A stretch of 64,000 bases of DNA from Patescibacteria group bacterium (GTDB lineage: Bacteria > Patescibacteriota > Microgenomatia > 2-02-FULL-39-11): NCBI GenBank assembly GCA_023379265.1, contig JAMCUI010000011.1, positions 4,030 through 68,029 of the forward strand. Reading direction: 5' to 3'. The notes beneath the pieces were generated by a model, which saw only the letters and a program-made list of their open reading frames with translations, was not told the origin of the DNA and did no database searches. Positions 51,334 to 60,888 of this stretch are shown in pieces. Each line of letters starts with the position of its first letter. The stretch's first letter is position 1. Both the position numbers and the translations under genes were made by a program.

Positions 51334-51723
51334 TCACTTACCAGCAAATATGACACGTGCGTCTTTGCGATCCAATACCAACTGTTTCTTCATTTCCTCA
51401 AGTGAAGAAAAAAAGGAAGGTCCCCTTATAAATCCTACAAGGCTAAAACTGACAATTGAGGGAGAAACCTGTTTTTTATAATTAAGTATATATATTTCCA
51501 GTATATTTTTTTGCTCTCCCAACACCAGCCTGGGACCAAAATATAATAAACCCTTATAAATTTTATTATCCCATCTTACCCAAGCAGCATAAACCCCCAA
51601 CTTTTTCGTGGTCAAAAGTAGAGGAATATCCAGATTTATGGTAGGAAATCCTATTGTCCGGCCAATTTTTTTTCCTTGGACAACACGTCCGGAATGCCAG
51701 AATCTTCTAATCTTATTCGTCAT
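51334..51723 (-). CDS. Stand-alone riboflavin kinase (RibF C-terminal domain only)
   Basis: GRVVQG..IGRTIGFPTIN, GVYA, E.YI, FIRG...F.SLEEM..Q...D. Confidence 0.85.
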   Translation of the reverse strand: MTNKIRRFWHSGRVVQGKKIGRTIGFPTINLDIPLLLTTKKLGVYAAWVRWDNKIYKGLLYFGPRLVLGEQKNILEIYILNYKKQVSPSIVSFSLVGFIRGPSFFSSLEEMKKQLVLDRKDARVIFAGK

Positions 51724-52291
51724 TAAAACCCCTTGACTGCATAATCATGGCGATTTGCTCAGATCTATGCAATATTCTATGTAACAGAGGAATTACGATC
51801 GGGAACGTATTTTTTATCATGTTCAGACTTTTAGTATTATACCCGCGCGAATTTTGTGCCATATATATTTTTTGCGCTTCCTTAAAGATAACCGGTATCA
51901 GACTCAAAGTGATTGTAAGCATAAGCTGGATTTTACGCGGAAGAAAAGATAAGACTCTGGCAATTTCACTAACAGATGATACTGCGGTATATGCCAACAT
52001 CAGAAGTGAAAGAGTGGTCAACTTTAACCAGGCAGATAACCCTTGGAAAATTCTGATGGAAAGACTCCCATGACTATTGAGAAAAATCTGGATAGCCAGT
52101 ATTAAAATAAAGACATACAACATTGGCTTTAATCTGTATAAGACTTGTGTTCCGGAAAGCAAAAATACCAAATATGCCAAGAGAATAAAAATCGCCGATG
52201 ATAAAACATAAAGGTTATGGCTGGAGGCAATAAAAACAGTCATCATTACTAAAACAAATAATTTCAACCTTGCAATCGTAATACTATCCAT
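51713..52291 (-). CDS. ecfT: ECF transporter T component
   Basis: TM helices; AQNSRG and MQSRGF motifs. Confidence 0.88.
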   Translation of the reverse strand: MDSITIARLKLFVLVMMTVFIASSHNLYVLSSAIFILLAYLVFLLSGTQVLYRLKPMLYVFILILAIQIFLNSHGSLSIRIFQGLSAWLKLTTLSLLMLAYTAVSSVSEIARVLSFLPRKIQLMLTITLSLIPVIFKEAQKIYMAQNSRGYNTKSLNMIKNTFPIVIPLLHRILHRSEQIAMIMQSRGFNDE

Positions 52292-52293
52292 AT

Positions 52294-53049
52294 TTATTTT
52301 TTTCGCTTGTTTGGAATTTTTATTCCCAACTTGTTTAATATCCGTACTTTTCTAAACACGTCACGCGTTTTTCCCTCCAAAACAACGGAACCCTCATTCA
52401 AAACTTTGACCTCTTCGGCAAACTGGTAAAGAAAGTCAGTATCGTGTTCCACCACGATGATTGTATTTCCTTTTTTATTCAAATTTCGCAGTATGGAGTA
52501 AAGTTCACAAGAACTCCTGTAATCCAGCATTGCACTGGGTTCATCAAGCACTATATACGCCGGATCAAGAGCAATCACAGCTGCAAGGCTAACTTTCTGC
52601 TTCTGGCCGAAAGAAAGCGATTGAGGGTCTCGGTCGGCATACCCTTCCAAACCAACCTGTTGCAAAATCCTGTCTATCTTTTCTTTTCCCTCATCAATAT
52701 GATAATTTCTTAATCCGAATTGTATCTCTTCCCTGACAGTCAGATTAAAAGTGGAAAAATCCGGGTTTTGGAACACCATGCCTACTTTTCTGGAAAAATA
52801 AGCAACATTCTTCTGGCTTGTAGCGATACCATCAATCATCACTTCACCTTCCAACTTCCCTTCTATAAAATGAGGTATAAGACCGTTTAGAAGATATGTT
52901 AACGTAGATTTTCCAGAACCGTTACTCCCTGCAATGCCTAAAAAGGTACCCGGAAGTATCGAAAAAGATATATCTTTTAAGACTTTCTCGCTCCCGCCAT
53001 ACGCAAAGGATACGTTCTTTAATATAATTCCCATATCAATACTTGTCAT
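52294..53049 (-). CDS. ecfA: ECF transporter ATPase
   Basis: GSNGSGKST, FQNPD, LSFGQKQ, LDEP, VEHD. Confidence 0.9.
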   Translation of the reverse strand: MTSIDMGIILKNVSFAYGGSEKVLKDISFSILPGTFLGIAGSNGSGKSTLTYLLNGLIPHFIEGKLEGEVMIDGIATSQKNVAYFSRKVGMVFQNPDFSTFNLTVREEIQFGLRNYHIDEGKEKIDRILQQVGLEGYADRDPQSLSFGQKQKVSLAAVIALDPAYIVLDEPSAMLDYRSSCELYSILRNLNKKGNTIIVVEHDTDFLYQFAEEVKVLNEGSVVLEGKTRDVFRKVRILNKLGIKIPNKRKK

Positions 53050-53092
53050 AAATTATCTGAAACGTTTCGAAAAAAGAAAAGAACGGCAAACA

Positions 53093-53665
53093 TTATTTCC
53101 GCCATGAAGCAAATCGGTATATACGGAAATGAAACACTACCAGCCATGCCAAAATCACGTCAAATATCCCCTGTATGGAATTAAAAATTGATATGATATA
53201 CCATGGTATGGTAGAAATTGCCTGCTGGGTCGTCATACCGGTCCATATTGGTATCGCAAAATAATAATTCAAAGGCAACATCAATACGGTTCGTATTACA
53301 AGTGCGAAAACAAGAGGTGCAACCAGTTCCCGAATTTTTTGGTATGAAGAAATATCCTTTTTTCTGAATTTCATCCATATATACAAACTGAACCACATTG
53401 GCAATGTCGCAACCCATTTCATCACTGCACCAAGCCATGTTTCAGGAGCAAAAAGAGTGATAATTAATCCACCCATCAAAGATACTAAAAAAGCTGACCT
53501 TGTACCAAAGAGAAAATAAGCTACAAGCCAGGACACTGCCACCACATCTATCCACATTCCCCACTGAGGAGATTGATACCCCAAATGCACAAGTTGTACT
53601 ATGGCAGAAATTGCCGCAAGTCCTGCTGATAAAGCGATTTCCCTTGAGTTGAGACTTTTTCTCAT
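53093..53665 (-). CDS. ECF S-component, probably for riboflavin
   Basis: About 190-aa multi-TM protein; first gene after the FMN riboswitch. Confidence 0.75.
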   Translation of the reverse strand: MRKSLNSREIALSAGLAAISAIVQLVHLGYQSPQWGMWIDVVAVSWLVAYFLFGTRSAFLVSLMGGLIITLFAPETWLGAVMKWVATLPMWFSLYIWMKFRKKDISSYQKIRELVAPLVFALVIRTVLMLPLNYYFAIPIWTGMTTQQAISTIPWYIISIFNSIQGIFDVILAWLVVFHFRIYRFASWRK

Positions 53666-53679
53666 AAAACTCCTCCCAT

Positions 53680-53701
53680 AAAAAATCCCCCATTCGGGGG
53701 A
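53680..53701 (-). terminator. Riboswitch-controlled intrinsic terminator
   Basis: UCCCCC-GAAU-GGGGGA-UUUUUU. Confidence 0.8.
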
Positions 53702-53749
53702 AACATAATAAATATAGGGTTTAGAGCAAAATAAGCCTAACCCTATCTC

Positions 53750-53888
53750 TTCTTTCTTTTATCCCGACTTTACGGTCGCTACCGGAGTTGCACCGGTTCA
53801 TGTCCGATTTTATATCAGACTCGTAGAGTTTAACTACCGATTGGGAATTTTCCGCTTGATGCGCAATCACCCATACCCCGAAAGAATA
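53750..53888 (-). ncRNA. FMN riboswitch
   Basis: UUCGGGG.AUGGGUGA...AAUUCCCAAUCGGUAG...CCGGUGCAACUCCGG...CGACCGUAAAGUCGGGAU; promoter TTGACA-17-TAATAT at 53922-53894. Confidence 0.92.
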
Positions 53889-53981
53889 AGTAGATATTAT
53901 CTTTTATCAACTAGTCTGTCAAGTAAGTGCAGATGCATTTATACCCTCACGCACTGAGAAATTTCCTCAGAAATTTCGAAG

Positions 53982-54053
53982 TGCACGCACATGGACTTGA
54001 ACCATGGACCTCTTCGATGTGAACGAAGCGCTCTACCGCTGAGCTATGCGTGC
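53982..54053 (-). tRNA. tRNA-Val(CAC)
   Basis: GCACGCA/TGCGTGC acceptor, CTTCG-TTCACAT-CGAAG, GGTTCAAGTCC. Confidence 0.95.
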
Positions 54054-54205
54054 ATCCTAAAAATAAGTCTTTTTATTATACACAATTTTACATATCTATC
54101 ATAACAATAACAAATCTACACACTTGCTTAAATAAACGATTCTAACGTATAATAAAAATGTTGCCTCTATTTGAGGATTTTTACTTTTATTGACTAGATT
54201 CCCAA

Positions 54206-54922
54206 ATGCCAACTCAGAATAATTCCAAAGTCGCAGTCGACAGCAGAATAGACCGTTCAACTCCAAACGTGGTAGTTTCATCGGCTCCCAAAGAAGACAT
54301 TGTCAATCCTGCCCCGGAAGTCAAACAGCAAAATCCCACAAACCTTCCTGTTACGTTGGTAAAACGGTTGGTAAATTTCTGTCTGGACTTTCTGGAGACT
54401 ATTGTCGTAGCGCTATCTATTTTCGTAGTAGTCTATCTCTTTCTTGTCCAACCACATGAAGTAAAAGGTAGCTCAATGGAGCCCAATTTCCATGATAATG
54501 ACTATATTTTGACTGACAAAATCTCACTCAAACTTCACGATCCTGAGCGAGGAAATGTCATAATCTTCAAATCACCGCCAAATCCTGACGTAGATTATAT
54601 TAAAAGAGTTATAGGGCTTCCCGGCGATAAAGTAAAAGTCCAGGACGGCGCAGTTTATATTAACGATAAAAAACTTGACGAGCCTTATTTAGCTGACAAA
54701 ACCAATCTTTTCCCTGGAAGCTTTTTACAAGAAGGGGTGGACTTTACTGTCCCACAAGGCGAATATTTTGTCATGGGAGATAACCGTCCCCACAGTTCTG
54801 ATTCGCGCGAATTTGGACCTATTAAAGCTGACTCAATCATCGGTAAAGCCATGCTGCGGTACTGGCCGATCACGCAATTCGGGATTATTCCAGACTTAAA
54901 ATATAACCTCAGCAGTCCTTAA
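54206..54922 (+). CDS. lepB: Signal peptidase I
   Basis: GSSMEP, YIKRVIGLPGD, GDNRPHSSDSR. Confidence 0.95.
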   Translation: MPTQNNSKVAVDSRIDRSTPNVVVSSAPKEDIVNPAPEVKQQNPTNLPVTLVKRLVNFCLDFLETIVVALSIFVVVYLFLVQPHEVKGSSMEPNFHDNDYILTDKISLKLHDPERGNVIIFKSPPNPDVDYIKRVIGLPGDKVKVQDGAVYINDKKLDEPYLADKTNLFPGSFLQEGVDFTVPQGEYFVMGDNRPHSSDSREFGPIKADSIIGKAMLRYWPITQFGIIPDLKYNLSSP

Positions 54923-55026
54923 TTACCATAGTGCACCCGCCTGTTTGATGGATTTTAATATTTCCGGTAGTTTATCCTTAAATGTTTGAGATTTGAAGTT
55001 TGTTTGAAGAATCAGTACACGTTATA

Positions 55027-55848
55027 TTAAATTAGAAGCTTATCTTTTAGTGTTTTAATCAATTCTGAGGTTTCTTCAGGCGGACCTTTGAAGAGAATTT
55101 GTATCTTGGCGCTGACTGTAGACTGATATACAGATACTCTGGCACTTAACCTGCTACTCAATTCCTTTCCTATACCCTCCAGTTCCACACTTTGAATACG
55201 TTTATTGGCTGCTTTGGGTACCATATCGGACTTTTCTTTTATTCTTCTGACAAGCTCTTCCACCCGTCTGACTGACGCGCCTTCCGCCAGTATGGTCTTA
55301 TAAACCTCAATCATCTGGCTGACATCTCCCAAACCGGCAATAGCTCTGGCATGACCCTCTGTAATATCTCCAGAGATAAGCCCGTCTTTTATGGCATCCG
55401 GCAAAGCCAAAAGTCTCATTGTATTTGATACGTAAGCCGGGCTTTTTCCTATCCTTTTTGATATTTCCGTGACTCCCATCCCAAACTCGTCCATAAGCCG
55501 CTGAAATCCTTGCGCTCTTTCAATGGGATTTAATTCTTCTCTCTGGACGTTTTCCACGAGAGCCATCTCCAACATCCCTTGGGTACTTGTCTCTTTAACA
55601 ATTACAGGCACTTCTTTCAACCCGACTATTTTGGATGCCCGCCAACGTCTTTCGCCTGCAATTATTTGATACCCGGCTGGGGTTTTAGCAACTACCAATG
55701 GTTCAAGGACACCATGTTCTTTTATCGACTCCACAAGATCCACCAACGATTCCGACTTGATGAGGCTACGTACCTGAAGAGGATTTGGCTGTAATAAGTG
55801 TATTTCCAAATTTATTAGTTTCTGATTTTCTGGTACTGTTGAGGCCAT
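55027..55848 (-). CDS. parB: ParB/Spo0J partition protein
   Basis: IIAGERRWRAS, ENVQREEL, HTH, GHARA. Confidence 0.93.
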   Translation of the reverse strand: MASTVPENQKLINLEIHLLQPNPLQVRSLIKSESLVDLVESIKEHGVLEPLVVAKTPAGYQIIAGERRWRASKIVGLKEVPVIVKETSTQGMLEMALVENVQREELNPIERAQGFQRLMDEFGMGVTEISKRIGKSPAYVSNTMRLLALPDAIKDGLISGDITEGHARAIAGLGDVSQMIEVYKTILAEGASVRRVEELVRRIKEKSDMVPKAANKRIQSVELEGIGKELSSRLSARVSVYQSTVSAKIQILFKGPPEETSELIKTLKDKLLI

Positions 55849-55851
55849 ATT

Positions 55852-56097
55852 TTAGGCTATTTCAATAACGGTATTTCCCAATCTTGTCTTAAAATTAACC
55901 ACTCCGTTTTTTATTGCATAAATGGTAAAATCTTTCCCCAGTTTTGTTCCATTACCTGCTCTATATCTTGTCCCTTTCTGGCGCACTATTATATTTCCGG
56001 ATATTACTTTACTACCACCATATACTTTTACTCCAAGCCTTTTACTTATTGAATCTCTGTTACCTTTTGTTGTTCCGCCTGTTTTTATGTGTGCCAT
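55852..56097 (-). CDS. rpmA: 50S ribosomal protein L27
   Basis: MAH..GG...NRDS..KRLGVK, IIVRQKGT. Confidence 0.95.
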   Translation of the reverse strand: MAHIKTGGTTKGNRDSISKRLGVKVYGGSKVISGNIIVRQKGTRYRAGNGTKLGKDFTIYAIKNGVVNFKTRLGNTVIEIA

Positions 56098-56188
56098 ATT
56101 TTCTCCTTTTTAACTTATGTAGTCTACTTTATTTTTTCACGGATGTCAACCATTTTTTTCACGAAAAAATCTTTGATTATGAAGTTAA

Positions 56189-56548
56189 TTAGATATTTTT
56201 CTTGTTCTTGCTGTGCTCTCTCTTATCGACGCCGGCAGGATGAATTTTCTCTATGAGGACCTTGGAAAGAAACGATCTATAACCTATCACTCTTCTGTAA
56301 TGCACTTTTGACTTGAATTTTCCCACTCTTATTTTTTCTCCTTTTATATTATCGATAACCTTTCCGCTTACTTTACAATTATCTATATATGGAGTACCTA
56401 TCTGGATAGCATCATCATAATTTACCAGAAGTATATGCGGAAACTCATATGTTTCCCCTTTTTCTCTAGTAATATAATCGACTAGTATAGTATCACCCTC
56501 ACTTACCCTATATTGTTTGCCGCCTGATTCGATTACCGCGTAATTCAT
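56189..56548 (-). CDS. rplU: 50S ribosomal protein L21
   Basis: YAVIESGGKQYRVSEGD, IGTPY. Confidence 0.95.
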   Translation of the reverse strand: MNYAVIESGGKQYRVSEGDTILVDYITREKGETYEFPHILLVNYDDAIQIGTPYIDNCKVSGKVIDNIKGEKIRVGKFKSKVHYRRVIGYRSFLSKVLIEKIHPAGVDKREHSKNKKNI

Positions 56549-56613
56549 ATTGGGAGATTATATCAAAAATGAATAAATCTCACAAGAGACGTATAGTTAC
56601 TAGAGAAATAGAA

Positions 56614-57690
56614 TTACTTTAACAGTAACGTGTGTCTATTTTTACTTACTCTAGCCACAGAAGCTACCAAACCCAAATCAATAAACGTACTTATTATTGA
56701 ACTTCCACCATAAGATAATAAGGGTAGAGTAATCCCTGTAATTGGCATGATTCCAAGATTCATACCTATATTAATAAATACCTGAATAAATATTTGGGCA
56801 AAAATGCCTATTACCAAAAGTTTGCCAAAATTATTTTCCGACTCTTCCATAACCTGTAAAATCCTCAATAGAAGAATAAAGTAAAAAATAATTACAGCGA
56901 AAGTACCAAGAAAACCTAGCTCCTCTCCCAACGAGGCAAAAACGAAATCCGTATGATACTCTGGTAAAAATAACAGATGACTTTGTGTTCCACGTCCCAG
57001 ACCCATTCCAAAAAGTTGGCCGGAACCTATAGCTATCATCGCCTGTATGGCATTGTAACCTATGCCTACCGGATCAGCCTGTGGATTGAAAAACGCCAAC
57101 AACCTCACTTTCTGATACTGCTTCAGCAAAAACCAAAAAAATGGCAATACAACTCCAGACAAAACAGCACCAATAAAAAAGTATAAAAGAGGTAAACCAC
57201 TGGCGAGCTCTAACGCTATAAATGTCAGAAAATACACAAGTACATTACCTAGGTCTGGCTGCTTAAAAATTATAATAAGGATTGGAAGGAAAAAAATGAA
57301 AGGTTTTAGTTTATCCAGAATTGTGTGTCTTTCTCTATCAATAATTATTCCTGTCAGAAACAGTATGACAAAAGGCTTCAGAAGTTCAGACGGCTGTATC
57401 ACGCGAATCCCTGCAATATCTATCCATCGGCTTGCCCCTCTTACTTCACCACTGGCAAAACTGGCTATAAGAAAAAATAGAGAGAAAATATAAAATATCC
57501 AGCTAAAACGAGACCATATTCTAAAATCAACCGCAGAAAAAATCAGGAAAAGAAAAATACCAACCAGAAAAAAAATTAACTGCTGCGAAAAAAGGGTGGG
57601 GGTAGTACTACCTAAAATTGACAAACTTATCCCAATCAAACCAAATACCGGTACAGTCAGTCCTATGTCGAAAAGGACACCAAGATTCAT
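56614..57690 (-). CDS. rodA: SEDS glycosyltransferase RodA/FtsW
   Basis: GASRW, QPSELLK, QPDLG, LPEYHTDF, GITLPLLSYGGSS. Confidence 0.88.
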   Translation of the reverse strand: MNLGVLFDIGLTVPVFGLIGISLSILGSTTPTLFSQQLIFFLVGIFLFLIFSAVDFRIWSRFSWIFYIFSLFFLIASFASGEVRGASRWIDIAGIRVIQPSELLKPFVILFLTGIIIDRERHTILDKLKPFIFFLPILIIIFKQPDLGNVLVYFLTFIALELASGLPLLYFFIGAVLSGVVLPFFWFLLKQYQKVRLLAFFNPQADPVGIGYNAIQAMIAIGSGQLFGMGLGRGTQSHLLFLPEYHTDFVFASLGEELGFLGTFAVIIFYFILLLRILQVMEESENNFGKLLVIGIFAQIFIQVFINIGMNLGIMPITGITLPLLSYGGSSIISTFIDLGLVASVARVSKNRHTLLLK

Positions 57691-57691
57691 A

Positions 57692-60679
57692 TTATAACTT
57701 TTCTACGCTTAAAACAGTTCCTCTTTTTAATTCTCCAGCCAATGTTTCTTTCTTTATATATTCCTCAAATCCATCAGGAAAATTCTTGTCGGGAAGAGTA
57801 ACTTTTACTTCTTCTGTTAGAGAGCATCCCAATTCTTTCCTTTTTATCTGAATCTGTCTTACAAATTCTCTAGCTTGACCTTCAAGAAGGAGGTCTTGAG
57901 AGATTTTTGTATCTAATTCCACTAGCAAATTCTCTTTCCCTGGTTTTATCTCTACTGATTTTATATTCAACTCGTCTTTTATAAGACTAACAAACTCACT
58001 ATCGTCAGTCATTAATAAATCTGTGTATACAGTAATAAGTCGCAATGGCTGCCGAACTTTTATATTCTGCGCTTTCCTCTGGGCATGTCCCAGTTCCACA
58101 ATACTTCTTACTTCAGCCATTTTCTTTTCCAACTTATCACTTATTAGACTTGCGTCCGGTTGTGGCCAATCGGATAAATGTACGGATAGTTCGTCTGTGA
58201 TATTGATATAAATTGACTCTGAAAGATAAGGATTAAATGGAGCAAGAAGACGAGAAAATATTGATAAAATATTATAAGTGACCGTATAAAACGAATTTTT
58301 GTCGTCAAGAGATGTTACCCCTTTCCCCACCCGGCTACGACTTCTCCTTATATACCATAAAGACAGATCGGATATGAAATCTTCCATTAAAATGGCGCCA
58401 GTACTTGCATCAAAATTTATAAGGTTTTTTGTCACGGCTTTAACAAGTCTATTAAGCCTTGAAAGAATCCAAAGATCAAGAACGGTGTAATTTACCTTCA
58501 CTCTGGAAGCATTATTGTGTTCTTTGGACGTCCAACCATCAATATTTGCATAGGTAATAAAAAAGTTATAAATATTCCATAAAAGCAGATGGAATCTCCT
58601 TCTTGTTTCGTCAGCAGTCCGGTATCCGAATAAAAGATTCATAGTCGGCTTTTGGGTAACATACATCCAACGCATCACATCTACACCTATTTTCCCAGCT
58701 GCTTCATTGAATTCTATAGCGTTTCCCCAAGATTTATGCATCGGACGTCCGTCTTCACCCAATACCGAAGCGTATCCCAATACCGAGCAGAAAGGATTTT
58801 TTTTCTCAAGAACCGTAGACATGGCGATCATTGAATAAAACCAGTTTTTGAACTGACCCGGGAATGATTCAGTGATAAAATCTGCTGGAAACCACTCTCT
58901 CCAATATTTTTTATCAGACGTATAACTCAATTTATTGCTTTTGGGATCAATAAGTGTGGAAAAAGGCACAATCCCAGCGTCAAGCCAGACATTTCCTACA
59001 TCATCAAGCCTGGACACATTTTTACCACATTTATCACATTTGATCTTTACGCTATCAATGTATGGTTTATGCGGACTGTGACCTTCAAAATCTTCCCAAC
59101 CTTCTATTGCTTTTTCCTTCAACTCTTCTTTACTACCGATAACCGTAAAATATCCGCAGTTGCTACATTCATAGATTGGAAGAGCCAATCCCCAATACCT
59201 GTTCTTTTTGCTTATGAGCCAGTCGTGCATATTCTGCAACCAGTCCAGTTCCCGCTCAAGGCCAAAATCCGGAATCCACCGGATCATCTTTGCTGTTTTT
59301 ATCATCTGCTGTCTCAGCGTCCTGTCTTTTGCTCCTTTTTTTAACCCTTTCTCTTCCTTGTCCATCGAGATATACCATTCATCAGCCACCTTCCAGACCA
59401 ATTCAGTCTTGCATCTCCAGCAGGCCGGATAACGGTGCTTATAAGGGAAAATCCTGAATACCCACTTTCCTTCTTTTTCTTCCCGTTTTTTCAGATAATC
59501 AAGGATTATTCCGGGGTTTTTCTTGGCGTTTTTACCGCTAAACTCGCCGAATCCGCCAATATAATCGGCATTATCCGCAATAACGGGAATCATCGGTAGA
59601 CCCAATTTTTTACCCAGCTTGAAATCCTCCTCGCCGGCTGATACTGCTGTATGCACCATTCCGGTTCCTTCACTCATGGAAATAGGCATTAAAAGCGGAT
59701 CGGTCGGGATAACTGTGTGGAATTTTTCGGGGTTTTCATCTCGTGCTTTCTCAACCGCCTGCAAACCGTCAAAAGCACTTTGGTACCGCAAACCGACCAG
59801 TTCTTTTCCCCTGACTGTTTTTACTATTTTCTTTCCAAAATCCTTAAATATCTGGTCAACCAAAGTTGACGCCAGCCAGTATTTCTGTTCCCGCCCGCTT
59901 ATATCCGAAGAGACTAACGTATAATCTGATTCCGTATCTACGGCAACGGCGATATTGGCAATAATTGTCCAGGGGGTAGTCGTCCATACAAGCAGAAATT
60001 CGTCTTTGGCATCCGCAAGAGGGAACTTCATTATGACTGATTCATGAGTCAACTCCTTATAATCCTCAGTCAGCATCTCATGTTGGGATATTGCCGTCTC
60101 GCATCTGGGACACCACGGCACGCTTTCCCTGCCTTTATAAACCCATCCTTTGTCAAAACAGGTTCTGAGGAAATGCCATATCATGTAATTATTCTCATCC
60201 GACATAGTAAAGTATGAATTGTTCCAATTCATAAAATACCCTAATTTTTGACTTTGTTCGGACTGTATTTTACTAAACCGTTTCACTCTTTCTTTACATA
60301 ACTCCACAAATTTAGCAACACTTGCTTTCTTATCACCTGGAACAAGATTTTCTATATCTCTTTTGTTGCGTATACCCAATTCCTTCTCCACTTCAACCTC
60401 AATCCACAAGCCCTGGCAATCAAAACCGTTCTGGAAACGTTCCTTATAACCCCTCATGTTAAAAAACTTTTGCCATAAGTCTTTATATGTCCTACCCCAA
60501 GCATGATGTACTCCCATAGGGTTATTGGCCGTGATAGGCCCATCTATAAAGGAGAATCTTTTTTTTGAACCGTCATTTCTTCGGAGATATTTCTCGATGA
60601 CACCGTTTTTAATCCAATACTCATAGATGCTCTTCTCAAGCTCAGGAAAGCTTACTTTTGTATTGACATTTTTGAACAT
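57692..60679 (-). CDS. ileS: Isoleucyl-tRNA synthetase type 2
   Basis: DGPITAN..GVHH, WTTTPWT, DWLIS..RYWG, PMHKS, IleRS2-type C-terminus (EGQAREFVRQIQ..RK). Confidence 0.93.
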   Translation of the reverse strand: MFKNVNTKVSFPELEKSIYEYWIKNGVIEKYLRRNDGSKKRFSFIDGPITANNPMGVHHAWGRTYKDLWQKFFNMRGYKERFQNGFDCQGLWIEVEVEKELGIRNKRDIENLVPGDKKASVAKFVELCKERVKRFSKIQSEQSQKLGYFMNWNNSYFTMSDENNYMIWHFLRTCFDKGWVYKGRESVPWCPRCETAISQHEMLTEDYKELTHESVIMKFPLADAKDEFLLVWTTTPWTIIANIAVAVDTESDYTLVSSDISGREQKYWLASTLVDQIFKDFGKKIVKTVRGKELVGLRYQSAFDGLQAVEKARDENPEKFHTVIPTDPLLMPISMSEGTGMVHTAVSAGEEDFKLGKKLGLPMIPVIADNADYIGGFGEFSGKNAKKNPGIILDYLKKREEKEGKWVFRIFPYKHRYPACWRCKTELVWKVADEWYISMDKEEKGLKKGAKDRTLRQQMIKTAKMIRWIPDFGLERELDWLQNMHDWLISKKNRYWGLALPIYECSNCGYFTVIGSKEELKEKAIEGWEDFEGHSPHKPYIDSVKIKCDKCGKNVSRLDDVGNVWLDAGIVPFSTLIDPKSNKLSYTSDKKYWREWFPADFITESFPGQFKNWFYSMIAMSTVLEKKNPFCSVLGYASVLGEDGRPMHKSWGNAIEFNEAAGKIGVDVMRWMYVTQKPTMNLLFGYRTADETRRRFHLLLWNIYNFFITYANIDGWTSKEHNNASRVKVNYTVLDLWILSRLNRLVKAVTKNLINFDASTGAILMEDFISDLSLWYIRRSRSRVGKGVTSLDDKNSFYTVTYNILSIFSRLLAPFNPYLSESIYINITDELSVHLSDWPQPDASLISDKLEKKMAEVRSIVELGHAQRKAQNIKVRQPLRLITVYTDLLMTDDSEFVSLIKDELNIKSVEIKPGKENLLVELDTKISQDLLLEGQAREFVRQIQIKRKELGCSLTEEVKVTLPDKNFPDGFEEYIKKETLAGELKRGTVLSVEKL

Positions 60680-60803
60680 AAACTCTATTTTACACAAAAA
60701 ATCCCACCTTTGAAAGCACTTCACCTGTAGTTCAGTGCCGGTGAGATTTAGATAATTATTCCGATAATTTTCAGATTTATCTTTTTTATCATTTAGTTAC
60801 TTA

Positions 60804-60888
60804 TTAATGTTTCCCCTGCCTTAAGAATGCGGGCTTGCCTCGCCGTATTGCGGTAAAATCAATGTTTACCTTGTCGCAAGAAGGCGGG
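60804..60888 (-). repeat. Duplicated ftsZ 3' end (PAFLRQGKH*) separated by REP-like element copy C
   Basis: 60888-60859 and 60833-60804 encode the same 9 aa plus stop; GCGGGCTTGCCTCGCCGTA at 60829-60847. Confidence 0.85.

Noticed and set aside
54923-55848. parABS locus
   Set aside because: No adjacent parA, and no TGTTTCACGTGAAACA-like parS palindrome was seen.
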